A DNA stretch of 64,000 bases. It comes from Lama glama (lineage: Eukaryota). A program made the position numbers and the translations under genes. Shown in pieces: positions 49,341 through 63,240 of this stretch. Under the pieces are notes generated by a model. That model worked only from the letters and a program-made list of their open reading frames with translations, had not been told where the DNA came from and did no database searches. The first letter of the stretch is position 1. Each line of letters starts with the position of its first letter. The stretch covers positions 54,436,001-54,500,000 of the forward strand of contig CM052820.1 in NCBI GenBank assembly GCA_028534125.1, given 5' to 3'.

Positions 49341-50392
49341 ACAGGATAACCTTAACCATAATTGGTACTATGGAAGGAATTGATGATTGTGAGATTATTA
49401 TTTATTTCCTGACTAAATGAATGATACATTGCCTTAAATTTTATTTCAGCAATCTAAAGTAGTTAAAACAATTTCTTCAGGGTAAAAAAGAATAACCTTA
49501 ACCATAAACTGTAATCTATAATGTAGCTAAAGTGGCTATTATTTTGTTACATCAGCCAAACACATACATAGATACTAAAGAAAAGCTATTTAAATATATG
49601 CCTGTCTTTAATATATTAACTATAATACATTAATATTTATTATAATATATACTATATATAATTATATATTATAATAAGTATATATGTTGACTCTTACAAA
49701 AATATACAGACCCAGAACTAACCGATCAAAAGATCTATAAAGCCAGATGAGAATTAAGGAGGCTTAGCTAGATAATAACATGGTGGAAAATACATGTATA
49801 AAAGAAGGAAATGGGTCGCTAGAATCACAAATATTTATTTGCAAGGAAGAACTTTTTGAATTCAATTTGAGACATACTATCTTTTCTGACCGCCACAGAA
49901 ATTTCAGAAATTATTTTTCAGTGTGGAAAATATGGCAGAAATATAGTAAGATGCCTTACTATAGAAAGGAGACATTTCAAAATAGAATAGAAAGACAACC
50001 ACAAAGAGAAGTTCTACCTGCATTTCAAGATTTGTTAAGAGTAGGGGAACCTGTTAAATGATCCAAAGAAAATTCTCCATATGGTAAAGCTGATGGCTCC
50101 AAAGAGCAAAACAAACATTTGAATTGTCTGTGGAAACATTTAGTAGCACACATAGGTAGAAATATCAAGTGGGAAGTCAAATAGCAAGAGTCAAGGAGAA
50201 AGTGAGGCCAAGACAACAGGGGAAGAAAGATAAATCATGTTTGTGTTGTATGTGCACATAAGTACATACAGGTATAAAGACTAAAATGTGGTGAGATTAA
50301 GTTTTTTCAATGGTACAAACTGTATTAAGAACAAGAAAAGATAGAGAATTTGATGAGAATGAATACTAAGTTATCCTTAACAAAGAAAGGTA

Positions 50393-50505
50393 GGGGGCTG
50401 GTAATAGCTCCGTGGTAAAGCACATGTTTATTAGCATGCATGAGGTCCTGAGTTCAAGCCCCAGTACCTCCACCTAAAAATGGTAAAATAAAATTAAAAA
50501 AAAAG
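50393..50505 (+). mobile_element. Vic-1-type tRNA-derived SINE
   Basis: gggggctggtaatagctccgtggtaaagcacatg...ttagcatgcatgaggtcctgagttcaagccccagtacctcc plus an A-rich tail. Same family as 23358-23453. Confidence 0.85.
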
Positions 50506-53500
50506 CTAAAAAAATGCTATTATCTGCAATTAAATAAAAACAAAACAGCTCAAATATGCCCTCATTCTGGGTCCATACCCTTTTACACAGTAATATTCTG
50601 CTTCTGTGCTGCATCACAGAATTTCCTTATTCCTACTGACTCATTTTATGCTCTACTGAATACTGCCTGCATCTTCTTTTTCCATCACTAAAACTAGGAG
50701 TTCCTTGAGGGCCAAGCTATGTTTTATTTTTTTGTGCCTTCCATTCTTTGCATATCAAATGAAAGAATACTTGAGGACAATTTTGCCTGCTGGGAGAAAA
50801 GTGAGATGAAAAGCCAGAAAAGAAAGCGGGAGCTGGCATCGACAGTATTACAAAAAAGGGATTGAAGGAGGCAAGCAGAGCACAAATAATAATATTTTGG
50901 TAGGACGCCTGCAGGAAAAGCTGCCAGGAACAGCTGTGGTTGGACAGGACTCAGCACAACAGCCAGGACTACAGTCATCCAAGACTATCCACCAAGGCCG
51001 GGTACTGGTTTGGTTTAGTTTCTGAATCCCAGCTTAAGATGTATCACATGTGACCACAGCATTATGTTCTTTTACAATGGGGAAATAAATGAAAATAAGG
51101 TAAGGAACGTGAAGTAATTATATAGTGGTCATTGCTCTCCTAATGTGTAAGTTTGAAAAAAAGCAAACTAGAGAGAGGTCAGCTAAAGAACAGATCTATC
51201 TACCTACCGACCTACCTAATCCATAAATCATTTTATATATATAATGATCACACACACATATATGAAAGAGAAGATAAAATTGAGGGATGGTAAACAAAGC
51301 TTGAGGCCATTTAACCCATAGGCAACATTGACATTTTGGTTGTAGAAAAGGGATTATAATGTAATATCCCTTTTAATATCAAAATTACCATTCCTCACAT
51401 TATCTGTTAACTGGGAAATACATACACAAAAAGCCACTTTAGATTTGTAATTACTTTAAGTGAATATGTTTTATTTAACTGTAGCAGCATCTGCATAGAT
51501 TTGACAAAAAAAAAGAAAATTAAAAATATTCACTTAACAATATTTCATTCTTTTTTTTCTCTTTTTTTGAACAGTAGAGGACCAGATAACTTAGATCATT
51601 TTTAGAAGGTTTATATGGCATAACTCTGGCTGAATCAAATTGATCAAAAAGAAAAACTGTAAAAAGTTAAAGTGCTTATATGCTTTATCAATAACACTTA
51701 TAGAAAACCATGTAATAAGTAATTATTAATTACAAGGCTCTTTTAATTCTATTTTTTTAAAAATGTGCAATTAAATATTTTTGCTTATGTGATACATAAA
51801 ATCTTCTAAAAATAAGGGAAGAAAAAGGTTACATTTCCTTGGAGTGCCCACTGCAGAGAGATATATGCTCTTCATCTGAGAATTTGTATTTGATTTCTAA
51901 GCCTTGCTCCTACTAAGTCTATTCTTCCAATCAGAGTAGCAAGTTTAGCCTTATTAATAATCAAATGCATAACTTAACTAAAAGTTTGAAAGAACTCTCT
52001 AAACTCTTTATCCCTGTAATTTCTTAGTCCCTCTGTTATTGGATTGAGCCAGTAGGGAAATACCACAGGTCGAAATTACCTATAATAGGATATCTGCCAG
52101 TGAGTAAGCTACAGGATACAAGGCAAGAATGTCTAAGGCTCCAACTCTTCTCTTTTTGATAATGCTTTACATTGTGTGTGTGGAACTTTATAACTGATTT
52201 TAAAAAGATATATTCTTTCAACATTTTTGCCACCTTCTTGATTTTGTCAGCATCCACGAGGTACAATATGGAGGGTGGGGGTGGGAATCACATGTGGCCC
52301 CCAACCACCTAACTCAACAAGAAGCACTATTTGCTCACTAACCTCACTCCTAATGTAATAAAATATTCTGTGGTCACAAAAAGAGTCAGTATGATTCCAT
52401 AGTATTTAGATTGTGTGAATCTGAGTCAAAAAGAGTTTTAGTAAGAAGAAAAAATACCTTGTCAGTTTCCATTTCACAACTCCGTAAGTGGAAAATTAGG
52501 ACATAGAAGACACAATTTTAGGTAAAATTATAAATTAGGAGAGATTTGCTCTTTTCCCTGATTTTATTGTAGTTCTGCGATGCAGAACACTACTGGGACT
52601 CCATGCACCTTCTATTAGAAACCAAGTCACTCACACGACATTGGCTGTAACTTAGGGCTCTATGGCTTGAAAGCCCTAATATTAACCATTCCCAAAGAAA
52701 GAATGCGGAGGGTGGGTCTAAATGAAAAGGAATGTGTTCCTAACATGTTACAACACTTCTGAACAGCCTCCCAACCTCACACCACATAAATAACAACATT
52801 CATAAGGATAATCCAGCAAAATCCTGCTATATACTTCTTTTTCCAACCTCTAGCACGTTACCAAATCATTCTTTTAGCCCAACTCAAATTTAGTTCTTCT
52901 AATAAACCCTTTACAATTAACCTGAGAGCATTTCCTATCCCTACGAAGGCTATTATTTCTAGCACTCCATAATCCTTACACATATATAATTTGCTCTGTG
53001 TGGGCTGCAGACAGGGTGAAGAGATGAATGGATAGCAAAAATGTCCTAATGCTGGCTTCGCAATTATATGAAGTGGTGTAACATGTGTAAATGTCAATAT
53101 GTTTAGTTCTTGGTTCACACTGTCTTCCTGTTGCTATTGCTTCTCCATAACAAGGGTGCCTAACTTTGTGAATTTCAGAGTCCAGTTCATTAACAGTAGC
53201 GTGCTAGTGTTAGTAAGTAATAGCTAACGTTGATGACAAACAAGGGCTATGTTACTAAGATAATACACTTCCATTTCCAAGAGGGGAAAAAAGACACTCA
53301 GTTTTTCAAGCATCTGCTTAAAGGCAACACAGCAAAAAGAACTGCTACTACTGTGTTGAAAAGTCGCAGATGGAATATTTTTGTTGGTGTATAATATACG
53401 ACTACAATCTGTGTACAAAGATCAGAGAGCACCACACATTCTGAACCATTTGTCTATTTCTGTGGTACATTTTCAATTGCTTATTTATCTTCTAGCTAGT

Positions 53501-53974
53501 TACTGCAGAATCAAAGAATAGACAGTGTAGCTATCTGATCAAAATTGGGGCTAGCCTGTGTCCATGGAAGAGAGAGAAGTTGATGCAGTGGGCAGTCTGA
53601 AATTGTGCCTGATATCCACACTCAAATTCTAACTGAGCTAACTGATCACAAGTCAGACAAAAGGTTACAGCATAAAAGGACTGGAAATGGGTTGAGAAAC
53701 TTAAGAGAAAGGATGGATTATTTTTCTTAAATACTTAAATATCTACAAATTAGTACTCAAATTCTGTTTTCATTTTATTGTAATGAATGGCTTTTCCTCC
53801 CAATTCTTACAGTTTTAAGAATTTGTAATGAGTCAATATTTATGAAAATTAACGAAATATCATGTTATCAGTTAAGAAACACTAAAATTTTATGCCCAGG
53901 GCATTCAAAAGAATAAAGGAAAAGTGCAAAAAATTTAAAAAACACACAAAAAACTAGTGGGTTTAACAATAATC

Positions 53975-54895
53975 ATAGAGCTAACTGATTAGTTAACAAT
54001 TGGCTCCCCAGAAAAATGCATAAACTTATTATAAATTTTATTTATATGAAGAATGCATATCACATGATATCATTTACATGTGGAAGCTAAAACAATGTTA
54101 CAAATGAACTTATTTACAAAACAGAAATAGACTCACAGACATAGAAAACAAACATATGGTTACTGAAAGGAAAAGATAGTGGGTGGGATAAATTAGGAAT
54201 TGGGAATTAATAGGCACATACTACTATATATAAAATAGATAAACAACAAGGACCTACTTATAGCACAGGGAACTATATTCAATATCTTGTAATAACCTAT
54301 AATAGAAACGAAATCTGAAAAAGAAATATACATATATATAACTGAGTCACTTTGCTGTACACCTGCAATGTTGTAAATCAACTATACTTCAATAAAAAAG
54401 AAAGAGAATTCAAAAGGTACCGGCTTAAAAAAAGAATGCATAGTGCACGATTTGCAAATAATAAAATATAAATACTCTATTGTAATTCCATTTAATCAAC
54501 TGATTTTTGCCTAATTTTATATCCATTGTCAACTCTGGTTGCAACTGATAAATGAATTAGTCAAGATATTGGTTGCCATTTTCATCAAAGTAAATGAGTA
54601 AAAGGAAAATGAAACATCAAAACATGTTGAAACTCCACTCATTCATCAGTGATGTGAATGACTTCTCTGCTAAGTAGGATAATAATTTTTGACTAGAAAA
54701 ATATTTATTCAGCTTTTTGTGGTATGCACAATGTAAAAGCTGCAGAAATGACATAACTTTAAGTTTAATTTGCATTATTCAAATTTTTTCCATTGTTTTC
54801 TTAAGTCTACATAATCTACAAAATAAATTGATAGCCCTGATGTGTGGTGTTTGCCAGTTTCTGTGGTGTAAATAACCCCACCATGGCTGGTGAGT
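53975..54895. mobile_element. MER63(B/C/D)-like hAT element interrupted by an L1
   Basis: gttaacaattggctccccagaaaaa ... agccctgatgtgtggtgtttgccagtttctgtggtgtaaataaccccaccatggctg. Confidence 0.65.
54060..54431 (+). mobile_element. 5'-truncated cetartiodactyl-type L1 3' end with perfect 11-bp TSD
   Basis: Same family as 45327-46003 (acaaatgaacttatttacaaaacagaaatagactcacagacatagaaaac...). TSD aagaatgcata at 54049-54059 and 54432-54442. Confidence 0.9.
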
Positions 54896-55049
54896 TAATA
54901 CAATTTTATGTCAATGTAATATTTATGGGAATAACTCAAAGTACAAAATAAACATAAAAGCAAAAGAGCTATTATGATAACCATCAAAACAGTGCAAAAC
55001 AATATTTTTAGAATTTCACCATTTTAATGGTTATGATGATATATGTAAG

Positions 55050-55514
55050 ATCATTTAAAAAGTAACTATAATTCAGCATCCAAAATGGAGCCAGATTATT
55101 ATTGTGAATGTGTTTTCAGACATATTCCTGCATCACTAAGAACTTAAATTTTCTCTAAACTGTGTCAAACTCAAGGACACCACCAGCCATTTTCAAAACA
55201 GTATCTGCTAGCAGGTGCTAGCTGCAACCCTGTAGTTTCAAAGCCCCACCCTGACCTTTGCAACTATGTCATTTCAGACACCCACAAATGCTTGCTTAAC
55301 AAGCACCCTTACTTCTTGCCAGCTCCAAAATTATTGACAATGTATATACTCTTGCAGTTTTTTGCCTTTATACGCCTCTCTCATTCTGTAGTCCTGGGGC
55401 ACACAATTCAAGTGCTTCTAAAATCTGTGTATCCCAGGCTGCAGTCTTAACAAACCTCAAATAAATGCCTCTTTATTTCAATCTAGTCTCCACTTCTGAA
55501 ATTTTGGTCAACCA
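55050..55514 (+). mobile_element. ERV1-type solo LTR remnant (MER34/MER89/MER90-like)
   Basis: caaaatggag near the 5' end. aatctgtgtatcccaggctgcagtcttaacaaacctcaaataaa (R/polyA region). Ends ...ttggtcaacca. Confidence 0.55.
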
Positions 55515-56059
55515 ATATTTTCACCCACATGTCCTCAAACCTTTGGAAAAATGAATGCAAATCATATAGTACTCTGACACAGACTCCTTCAACATGCACA
55601 GTTCTATTATCCAGGAATTCTAAGGTGATCAATTTTGCTACTCTATACAAAATACAATTTCGCAAGTTGGAGAACTGATTACCAAGAATAACCACAAAAA
55701 TAATGTTAGAAAACTTTGCATATGGCAAATATGCATTTAATACTTTGGCAAGCACCTTGTGGTTTTGTAACTATTATGGAGACAATATAAGGTAGTCTTT
55801 ATTTTAAAAAAAGAGTTAAAGGCAAGAGCAAATACGGTAAAGTATAAATGTCTTTATGTTTTAGGCAATACAAATAAAAGCTGTACAATGAAGACTTTGG
55901 GAATAATGATGTTATTTTATACTTAGAAAATTAAATCACACCCACATAGATTTCTGCAAAGGTTAAAATCAAGCCTAGATTAAGAACTGTAAATCAGAGA
56001 AGAAAAGGGCTTTCATTGAGCAGGTCCTTTGAAGCTTCCATAGAAAAGTAAAGATGTAT

Positions 56060-56240
56060 GGTTCAGAGATCAGGCACAAGGTTTGAACGTGGTTCCACCA
56101 CGTACTAACAGTAGGACCCTGGAAAAGTCATTAACCTCTGAATTCCAGTTCCTTCATATGCAAAATTAGGATTAAAAGTAATAGTCATTTCCTAGGATTG
56201 CTGTGATAATTAAATGTATTAATGCATGTAAAGTATAGTT
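56060..56240 (+). mobile_element. MIR SINE
   Basis: ggttccaccacgtactaacagtaggaccctggaaaagtcattaacctctgaattccagttccttcatatgcaaaattagg. Confidence 0.75.
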
Positions 56241-58319
56241 GTAAACATCATTTTTTAAAAATCTCACATCTCTTTTACCATTCAAAAGGAAACCCACCCT
56301 TATTAGGTTGCAATAGATTCTGTCTCTTAACTGGAAACTTCAAGAAATGCTAACTGGAATAGCAGCCTTTGGTTTTTTTAATGCATATTCATATGCATTA
56401 AATATGAATATTATTGCTTGCTTGCTATCTGTGCTGTGGACCTGAGCCAAGTACAGGCCGCCACACTGTGATGCTTTTCCTGCTTGCTACCTTTCTTCTT
56501 TTCCTAATCCCACGTTCTGAGTATCTAAGTATACATTTTCAGTCCAATCAACTGCATTATCTTCTTTCTCCCTCTCTTCCTCCCCTGCCTTCTCTCCCTC
56601 TCTGACTTTTAAGCCTCAAGTTACTTATCCATTTCTTTTAGTAAATTGTCCTTGATAAATGTTACAGAAAAATTTCCAGAAATACCTATGCCAAAACTTA
56701 TTTCTCTGTCCTGGTATTTACACAAAAGTCACACTTTATTGATGTTCTGATGGTGCCTAGAATTCAGGAGAGTAAGTCCAAAAGACATTAAACACCTGCT
56801 GTGACTATTTCCCACAAATCCTCTCTTGGAGTGCACTCGTGAAAACTCTCACGTTTCCATTAAGATGTTCTACAAGAGAGCTCTGCAAATGGCTGTTGCT
56901 AATGAGCCCACAGATATTTTTAAAGCCTGATGTGGTCAATCAAATGAGAGGCAGCTGCCAAGACACCCTCTTCTCTGCAGCTCTGAAGTACTTTCTGCAG
57001 GGAAGTGGGCCTGGCTGGGAGGTGCCACAATGCCCAGTCTTACACCTTCAATCATAACAATGTCAGCAACTCTTCCTCTCTGCTCCCTTTACTCTAAAAA
57101 GGAAATATCACTCAGAAAAAGACTAAGGGGTTCAGCTTCAGAAAAATCTAAGAAGACAAGATTCTATCAGCCCTGGAATTTGTATACAAAAGAAAGAAGT
57201 AGTAAGCAAATACAGCTTATTCACTTTGAACTCGACTCATGTAATATTTATTGAGCTTCTTTCATTTGAAATGGAATCTATGTTCTATTTCATTAATTAG
57301 CAGTGGACTTGACTATATTTTTCTGAATTGGATACTCAGTTGGAACTCTTAATCATGCACCTTTACCTTTCTATGGAAGCCTCAAAGCACCTGCTCAATG
57401 AAACCTTCTTCTCTGATATTCAGTTCTTAATCTAGGCTTGATTTTAACCTTTGCAGAAATCTATGTGGGTATGATTTAATTTTCTAAGTATAAAATAAAA
57501 TCATTAATTGCAAACTGTTAAGATGTTTTCAGAAGTCTGAGAAGTGATGAGAAGGATGAGAAGGATTCATAATGCTGTTTCCAACAATAATTATGGGAAA
57601 ACAATATAATATAATAATATAGAAGTATAGGGTCTAGAGTCACACTGACATAAAGATCAAAAGGTGGCCCTACTACATATTAGTTTTGTGATTCTGGACA
57701 GCTGCTTAAAATGAGCATCAGATACTTCATAGGTTATGCTAATTAAGTCAGATAACACAGGAAAAATGCAAGCGCAGTCCCTAGCACTGAATGTTTAATA
57801 AAAATTCAATAAATGCCAGTTATGCTGCTATGATTATTATTCTGAACCCTTATGACATTTTAGGACTACCGCCAGGAAGAATGGAGAGTATACTCTGGAA
57901 ATTCTTACTTCTATCGCTGTTGTGTTGAATCTCATCATGTCCCCTAAACAATGTTCCAATGCCTAGACCAGAAGTAGCAAACAGGCAGTGAGTAAACTGT
58001 ATATAGCCTCAAGAAGAATTTCATTGGCAGAGAGGTTTATTGTCATCATTAAATATAAAGCCTTTCAGGAAGGTCTATTCTAGATCTGCCATGCATTCAC
58101 ATCACACATCTGGCTACTTTCTCACAGTTCTATGACTTGCCTGGATCTGAAGATATTTGGATTTGCCTCTCTCATCTAGACCTTTTCCAGACTTCTCTTC
58201 TACTCTACCAAAAACACAGCTATCATACATCTCTTTCCTCTGGAGAGCAATTCTCCACGTAGGTTGTGCTCCAGAATAACCATTAATAAAATTGGTGTTG
58301 TCCCTCATTGGAACCATCA

Positions 58320-58550
58320 TCATCATCATAGCTAACACTTCTTGAGCACTTACTAAATATCAAGTACAATCTGAAGTATTTTGCCTGTATTTGCTCATTT
58401 AAGCCACCATAAAATTTATAATGTAGATATTATTTTTATTGCTATGTATAGATGAAGAAACCAAATGTCAGAGATATTACATTACTTTCCTCTGAGTAGA
58501 AAAATCTTTGATGAGAATGTAGGCAATTTGAGTCTAGACATTACATTTTT
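58320..58550 (-). mobile_element. MIR SINE
   Basis: atagctaacacttcttgagcacttactaaatatcaag...ctcatttaagccacc...tatagatgaagaaacc. Confidence 0.7.
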
Positions 58551-60289
58551 AAGTACTAGAGACTAGATAGGCCACTGACATGTGGATTTTAATAGCCATC
58601 CCAAAAGAGTCAACCCAAAGTGATGACATTGATGGTGGGAATTTCAGTCATGTGGTAGGAGATATTTTAGGGCAGAAAAGCCTCTTAAAATATATTGCCT
58701 CAATGCCTGTACATTCTGTTGACAAGCAGGGTTGACCTCACCAATATTAAAACACAATTAGCACATAAGTGAGACAAATGTAGATATTTAGTTTCATAAG
58801 TAACATTCCATGAAATCAAATGACAATGCGTTTTAGACATATTCCAGATAAATCATTCCTTCCAACTCTTCACTCTTTTGTGGTTTTCATTAGAAATTTT
58901 CAGTTAGAATATTCCTGTGTGGTAATGAGATATTCCAGTGTTCACTCATACATTTCAGCTAAAGACAGCTTTGAAGATAATTTTTTAAAATTGTCTATGT
59001 ACATGAATATTCTATTTATTTCTCCAATATTTCACTGTCAATGGAACAACCTTATTCCAATATCACCACTTATTTTTACTCAGTCTTTATTAAACTGTCC
59101 TTTTTACAGATCTAGTGTATGATACCTGGAGTGCATTATCTCTTTAATCAAGGCATCTCAAAATGTAACCAATATAACATAATTCACATGATTTTCTTTT
59201 TCTTCCTTTTATTTCCTGGTGTGGAACCTACAAACTAAAAGCACCAAATGGAATATTCTATTGGACTTATATATAGGTACGCTAATGGTACACAAGTATA
59301 AAAATAAACACTGAAAACATATAGATGCTTTCAAAGAAAACATATAGATAAACAACTAAAACTAAAGACCATCAGAGGCATAGTATGTTTGGAGAGAAAA
59401 GGAATCCTATGCAATTTAAACTACCTTGAAAATCAATCTAATTTCACATTTTTCAAACGAAAAAACAGGATATAATCATGGTCAGAGTTACCAGTAACAG
59501 AACCAAAACTAGACTGAGAATCTTCTAGATCCTCAGTCGTGACTTTTTTCGATCATAAGAAACTGAAGAAATCTGCAGTAGAGTTTCACTCTCACAAATT
59601 CAACTGATGCATAGGGAAAAGAAAAATCATAGCAAACCTAAATATTTTTCTTCTACAACAGCTTCCAAACACAAGCAGCTACTTTGCCAATAATCAACTA
59701 AAAGAAACAATATTTGATTTTAACACCATAGAGGGGAAGAGGGTTATGTGGGACTTACTGCATATAGAGTATAAGAGTGTAGTGTATTTTATAAGCACGA
59801 GAAGCAAATTCCAACGGTGGTTTTTCTAGGTATCACTGTGCAGCCTACAGCCTGACACCCGGGAAAGAAATGGCGCCCTACATTTTAGGACACAGGCAAT
59901 GAATGTCTGTGAAAGGATTTTAGGAAAACATTTGACAATGTCACTTGGCTATCACATGGACAAGAGGAAGGCTCTGAAGAAATATATTCAATTTAGTTCT
60001 ACTTAATGACTAAATTTGGCCTGGAAGTTTCTCATGTGCCACAGGGCTCTTCTGCCTTTCCCTATTAGGAATACAATGATAAAGAAAACTGACACACAAA
60101 AGTAAACAAATACGCTATAAAAGAGTCGCAAATTGTGGCATGCGCTATGAAGGAGAAAAAAAAAGGTGCTGAGAAAGAAAATAATAGAAATGGAGAGAGT
60201 GAGGTGATCCATAGACTTTCATCCCAAGAGCAAGATATGTACAACTTGTTAAAAATTATAAAATATTTCAAACTTCCAGATGTAACATG

Positions 60290-61570
60290 TACTCACCATC
60301 CATATTTAATGGATGTTAATATTTGACATATTTTCTTTAGATGGCTCCTTTTAAAATATAAGTAAAAGTGAGAAAGTACAGCTAACGCACCCACCACCCA
60401 TTCTTACACCCTTCATCTCCAGAGGCAACGATCCTCACATTGTTGTCTGTCGCTTCTTACATATGTTTTTACTTCTGTAAAATAGAGCGTTGGTCTGTAT
60501 TTTAATTATGTAAGTACTGTCTTATTTGCAACTTGTGTATTTCACTCAACTGTGTGTGTGTGTGTGTACACACATGTAAATGTGACTGTGCAGTTCAATC
60601 TGTTACCCAATTCATCATTATAGGAACAAACTACAGCTTATCCAATCCTATTCTGAGGGACGATTAATCTTTCTTTTGATTTTTCACTACTGGATTTCCT
60701 AGATGGTTGAACCATCTGACACTTACACTCGCATTGTAAGAGCTCCGTTTCAATGCATTCTTGTTGATACATGATATTGTCAAACTTTAAAATTCTGCCA
60801 ACCTGATAATGTGTAAAATAGTGCCTTCTTTCCATTATAATTTCCCTAATAACTAACAGAATTGAACATCTGTTCATAATTGTATTAGCCTTTTTTTCTG
60901 TGTATTGTATGTTTACAGTCTATGGCTATTTTTTTTTTTTTACTAGATAGGCTCTTTCTTATTTTTCAGGAGTTCCTTTCCTGTTGAAATAGTAAGTCCT
61001 TGTCAGCTAATGAATTGCAGATATTTTCTTCCAGTCTGTGGCCTATCTTTTCACTTTTCTGATGGCCTATTTGGTCATATAAACAAGCCTAATTCAATAT
61101 ACTCAAATATATCATATTTTCTTATGCTTTGTGTTATTTGTATCATATCTGACATAAAGACATTCTCCTAAATTTTTTCTACAAGCTTTATAGTTTTTTT
61201 ATCCTTTTTTTACATTTAGGTATTTAGTTCATTGAAAATTTATTTTCATATATGGTATGAGGTAGGGATGTAATTTTATCTTTCTCAATGTGGCAGGCCA
61301 GTTGTTAAAAGGACATTCACTGGAACAGTCTCTCCTTTCCCAACTCATTTGCAAGTCTCCTCTGACACAAACTAAGTTGCCATTTAAATGTTGGTCTGTT
61401 TCTAAGCTATTTGTTCCATGTGCAGTCATGTGTTTTAACTATTATAGCATTTTAAGTATTGAGATATGTTAGGGTAAGCACACCTTCCCCTTTTCTTAAT
61501 CTTTTTCAACATTTTACTTGGTCATTTTTTTAGCCCTTGATCCTTTCACAGAAATTTTAGGATAAGTTGT
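60290..61570 (-). mobile_element. Old L1 (L1MC/ME-type) ORF2 3' remnant
   Basis: Track ORFs 60638-60877 (MNRCSILLVIREI...KCQMVQP) and 61229-61429 (NWPATLRKIKLHPYLIPYMKIN) are degraded versions of the L1 ORF2 motifs MKRCSTSLIIREM...CKLVQP and NWxxICRKLKLDPFLTPYTKIN. Confidence 0.85.
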
Positions 61571-61789
61571 ATCTACATATTTCTTAATATGTAAAATTTT
61601 AATTAAATAAACAAGTAGAGAGTGTATTTTTTTTAAATCTCATTTCATCGACCTCTTTCTTTTTTCTTTCTTTTTTTTTTTTGCTGGGTTATTGGAAAGT
61701 AACTACAAGACAGCTATCATTTTTTCTGTAAAAACCTCCACACATATCACTAAGCAATGAAAACTCTGAACCTGCATGCCTTGGATGGG

Positions 61790-62300
61790 GTGATCAGAGA
61801 CAGCGACATTAAAGAGCAGATATTTAAGCTGGAGCCTGAAATATAAAGAGTCAGTCATGGGAGGACTGTTCCAGGAAGGATCTTAGGGCAAGAAAGGTTT
61901 CCTACATTCAGAGAACTGAGTCAAGGTCAGTGTGGGTGGAGTTTGGAGACAGAAGGAAGGTAGGAGGGGAAGCTGAGGAGGAGAGCACAGGCTCAGCCAT
62001 GGAGTTTTGGAGGCCGAGGTAATGAATACAACTGAAAGCAACCTAAGGACTTAATAGGAAAGTAATGTGATCCAATACACGCCTGCATCGAGAAGAGGCT
62101 GAGCTTCTAACAGGAGAGGAAGCACAGAGCAGCTGGAAGGCTCCTGCAGCAGTCCAGGAGAGAGATGGCAGTCATAGGTACAGGGAGGGGAGGTGGGGTG
62201 GGGTGCAACACAGATGGCGGTAAGTGGACAGATTAGAGATATGCTATATAACATGTGATTGTGGGGGGAAAGCAAATAAGAAAAAGCAGAATTTTTGCCA
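61790..62300 (-). mobile_element. L2 remnant
   Basis: gatatttaagctggagcctgaaatataaagagtcag...gaaggctcctgcagcagtccaggagagagatggcag...aagtggacagattagagatat. Confidence 0.65.
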
Positions 62301-63039
62301 AATCTCAATAGGCTGAAATAAAGAGCTCAATCTAATAAGTTACACTTATTAAGGCTAAATGTGAGGTCTTGATTTTAAATTTAAGCCAAACCAAATGACA
62401 ACTAAAGGAACTGTACTTATGTCAGTGATTTGACTGGGTAATCTTTTCTTTCTAGCCGATTCAAAGGGTGGTGAAGGTGAAAGCAACATGGATTCTCTCA
62501 AGTGTGTTATACAGCTACTGCCTAAACAGCCACACAGCGTCCAATTCAACAGCGGTGTGTCTGCCTAAGAAAGCTGTATAAAAGCAAATGAAATCAGACA
62601 GGTACACGTGCATGTTAGGAATACACAATTACTCTGAGACCCTATTTAAAATACAGTTCACCATTATACATATTCAGATATGATAACCGAGAAATCAGGA
62701 TTCTGATATATCACAATGACACCCATCAAAATCATAAATTACAGAGTTAGCTTGTAAATTGGTATTTATTTCCACTAATGTCCATGTCATTATGAAGTCC
62801 TACAACAAATGCATCTTTTTTTTTCTTTATGCAACTTAGTTGTATTGAAAAAAGAAAACTCTTTACAAAGCTAAGTGCTATTTAACAAGTATTTAATAGT
62901 AGCTGAACCAGCACCAGTCTCAGTGCTGAGAAGACTATGTGCTTAAGCTCTATAAATCTCCAAAATGATAAAGTATGTGCACAAATAACACTAATGTAAA
63001 AACAGAATGTGATAAATTTTGGAGATGGGCTGAAGAGCT

Positions 63040-63240
63040 ATTAGACTGTAAGTTTCTACAGATACTGGATCATATGTTTACTTTTGTATTTCCAGCTCCG
63101 AGTACTAGTGCACTGAATGACAAATGGTAAAGGCTTAATTAGTGTTCATTCATCCATTCATACAGATACTTAGTTAGTGTTTACTATACACTAGACATAC
63201 AAGGACCTAGGTCCTGCTTTTGATGAGCTTACACTCATTC
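63040..63240. mobile_element. Tail-to-tail L2 3' ends
   Basis: tagactgtaagtt...tttgtatttccagctccgagtac (plus), then ttcattcatccattca...gtcctgcttttgatgagcttacactc (minus). Confidence 0.65.

Noticed and set aside
59870-59877. TGGCGCCC resembling a tRNA-Lys primer-binding site
   Set aside because: Only 8 nt match, with no adjacent LTR or gag sequence.
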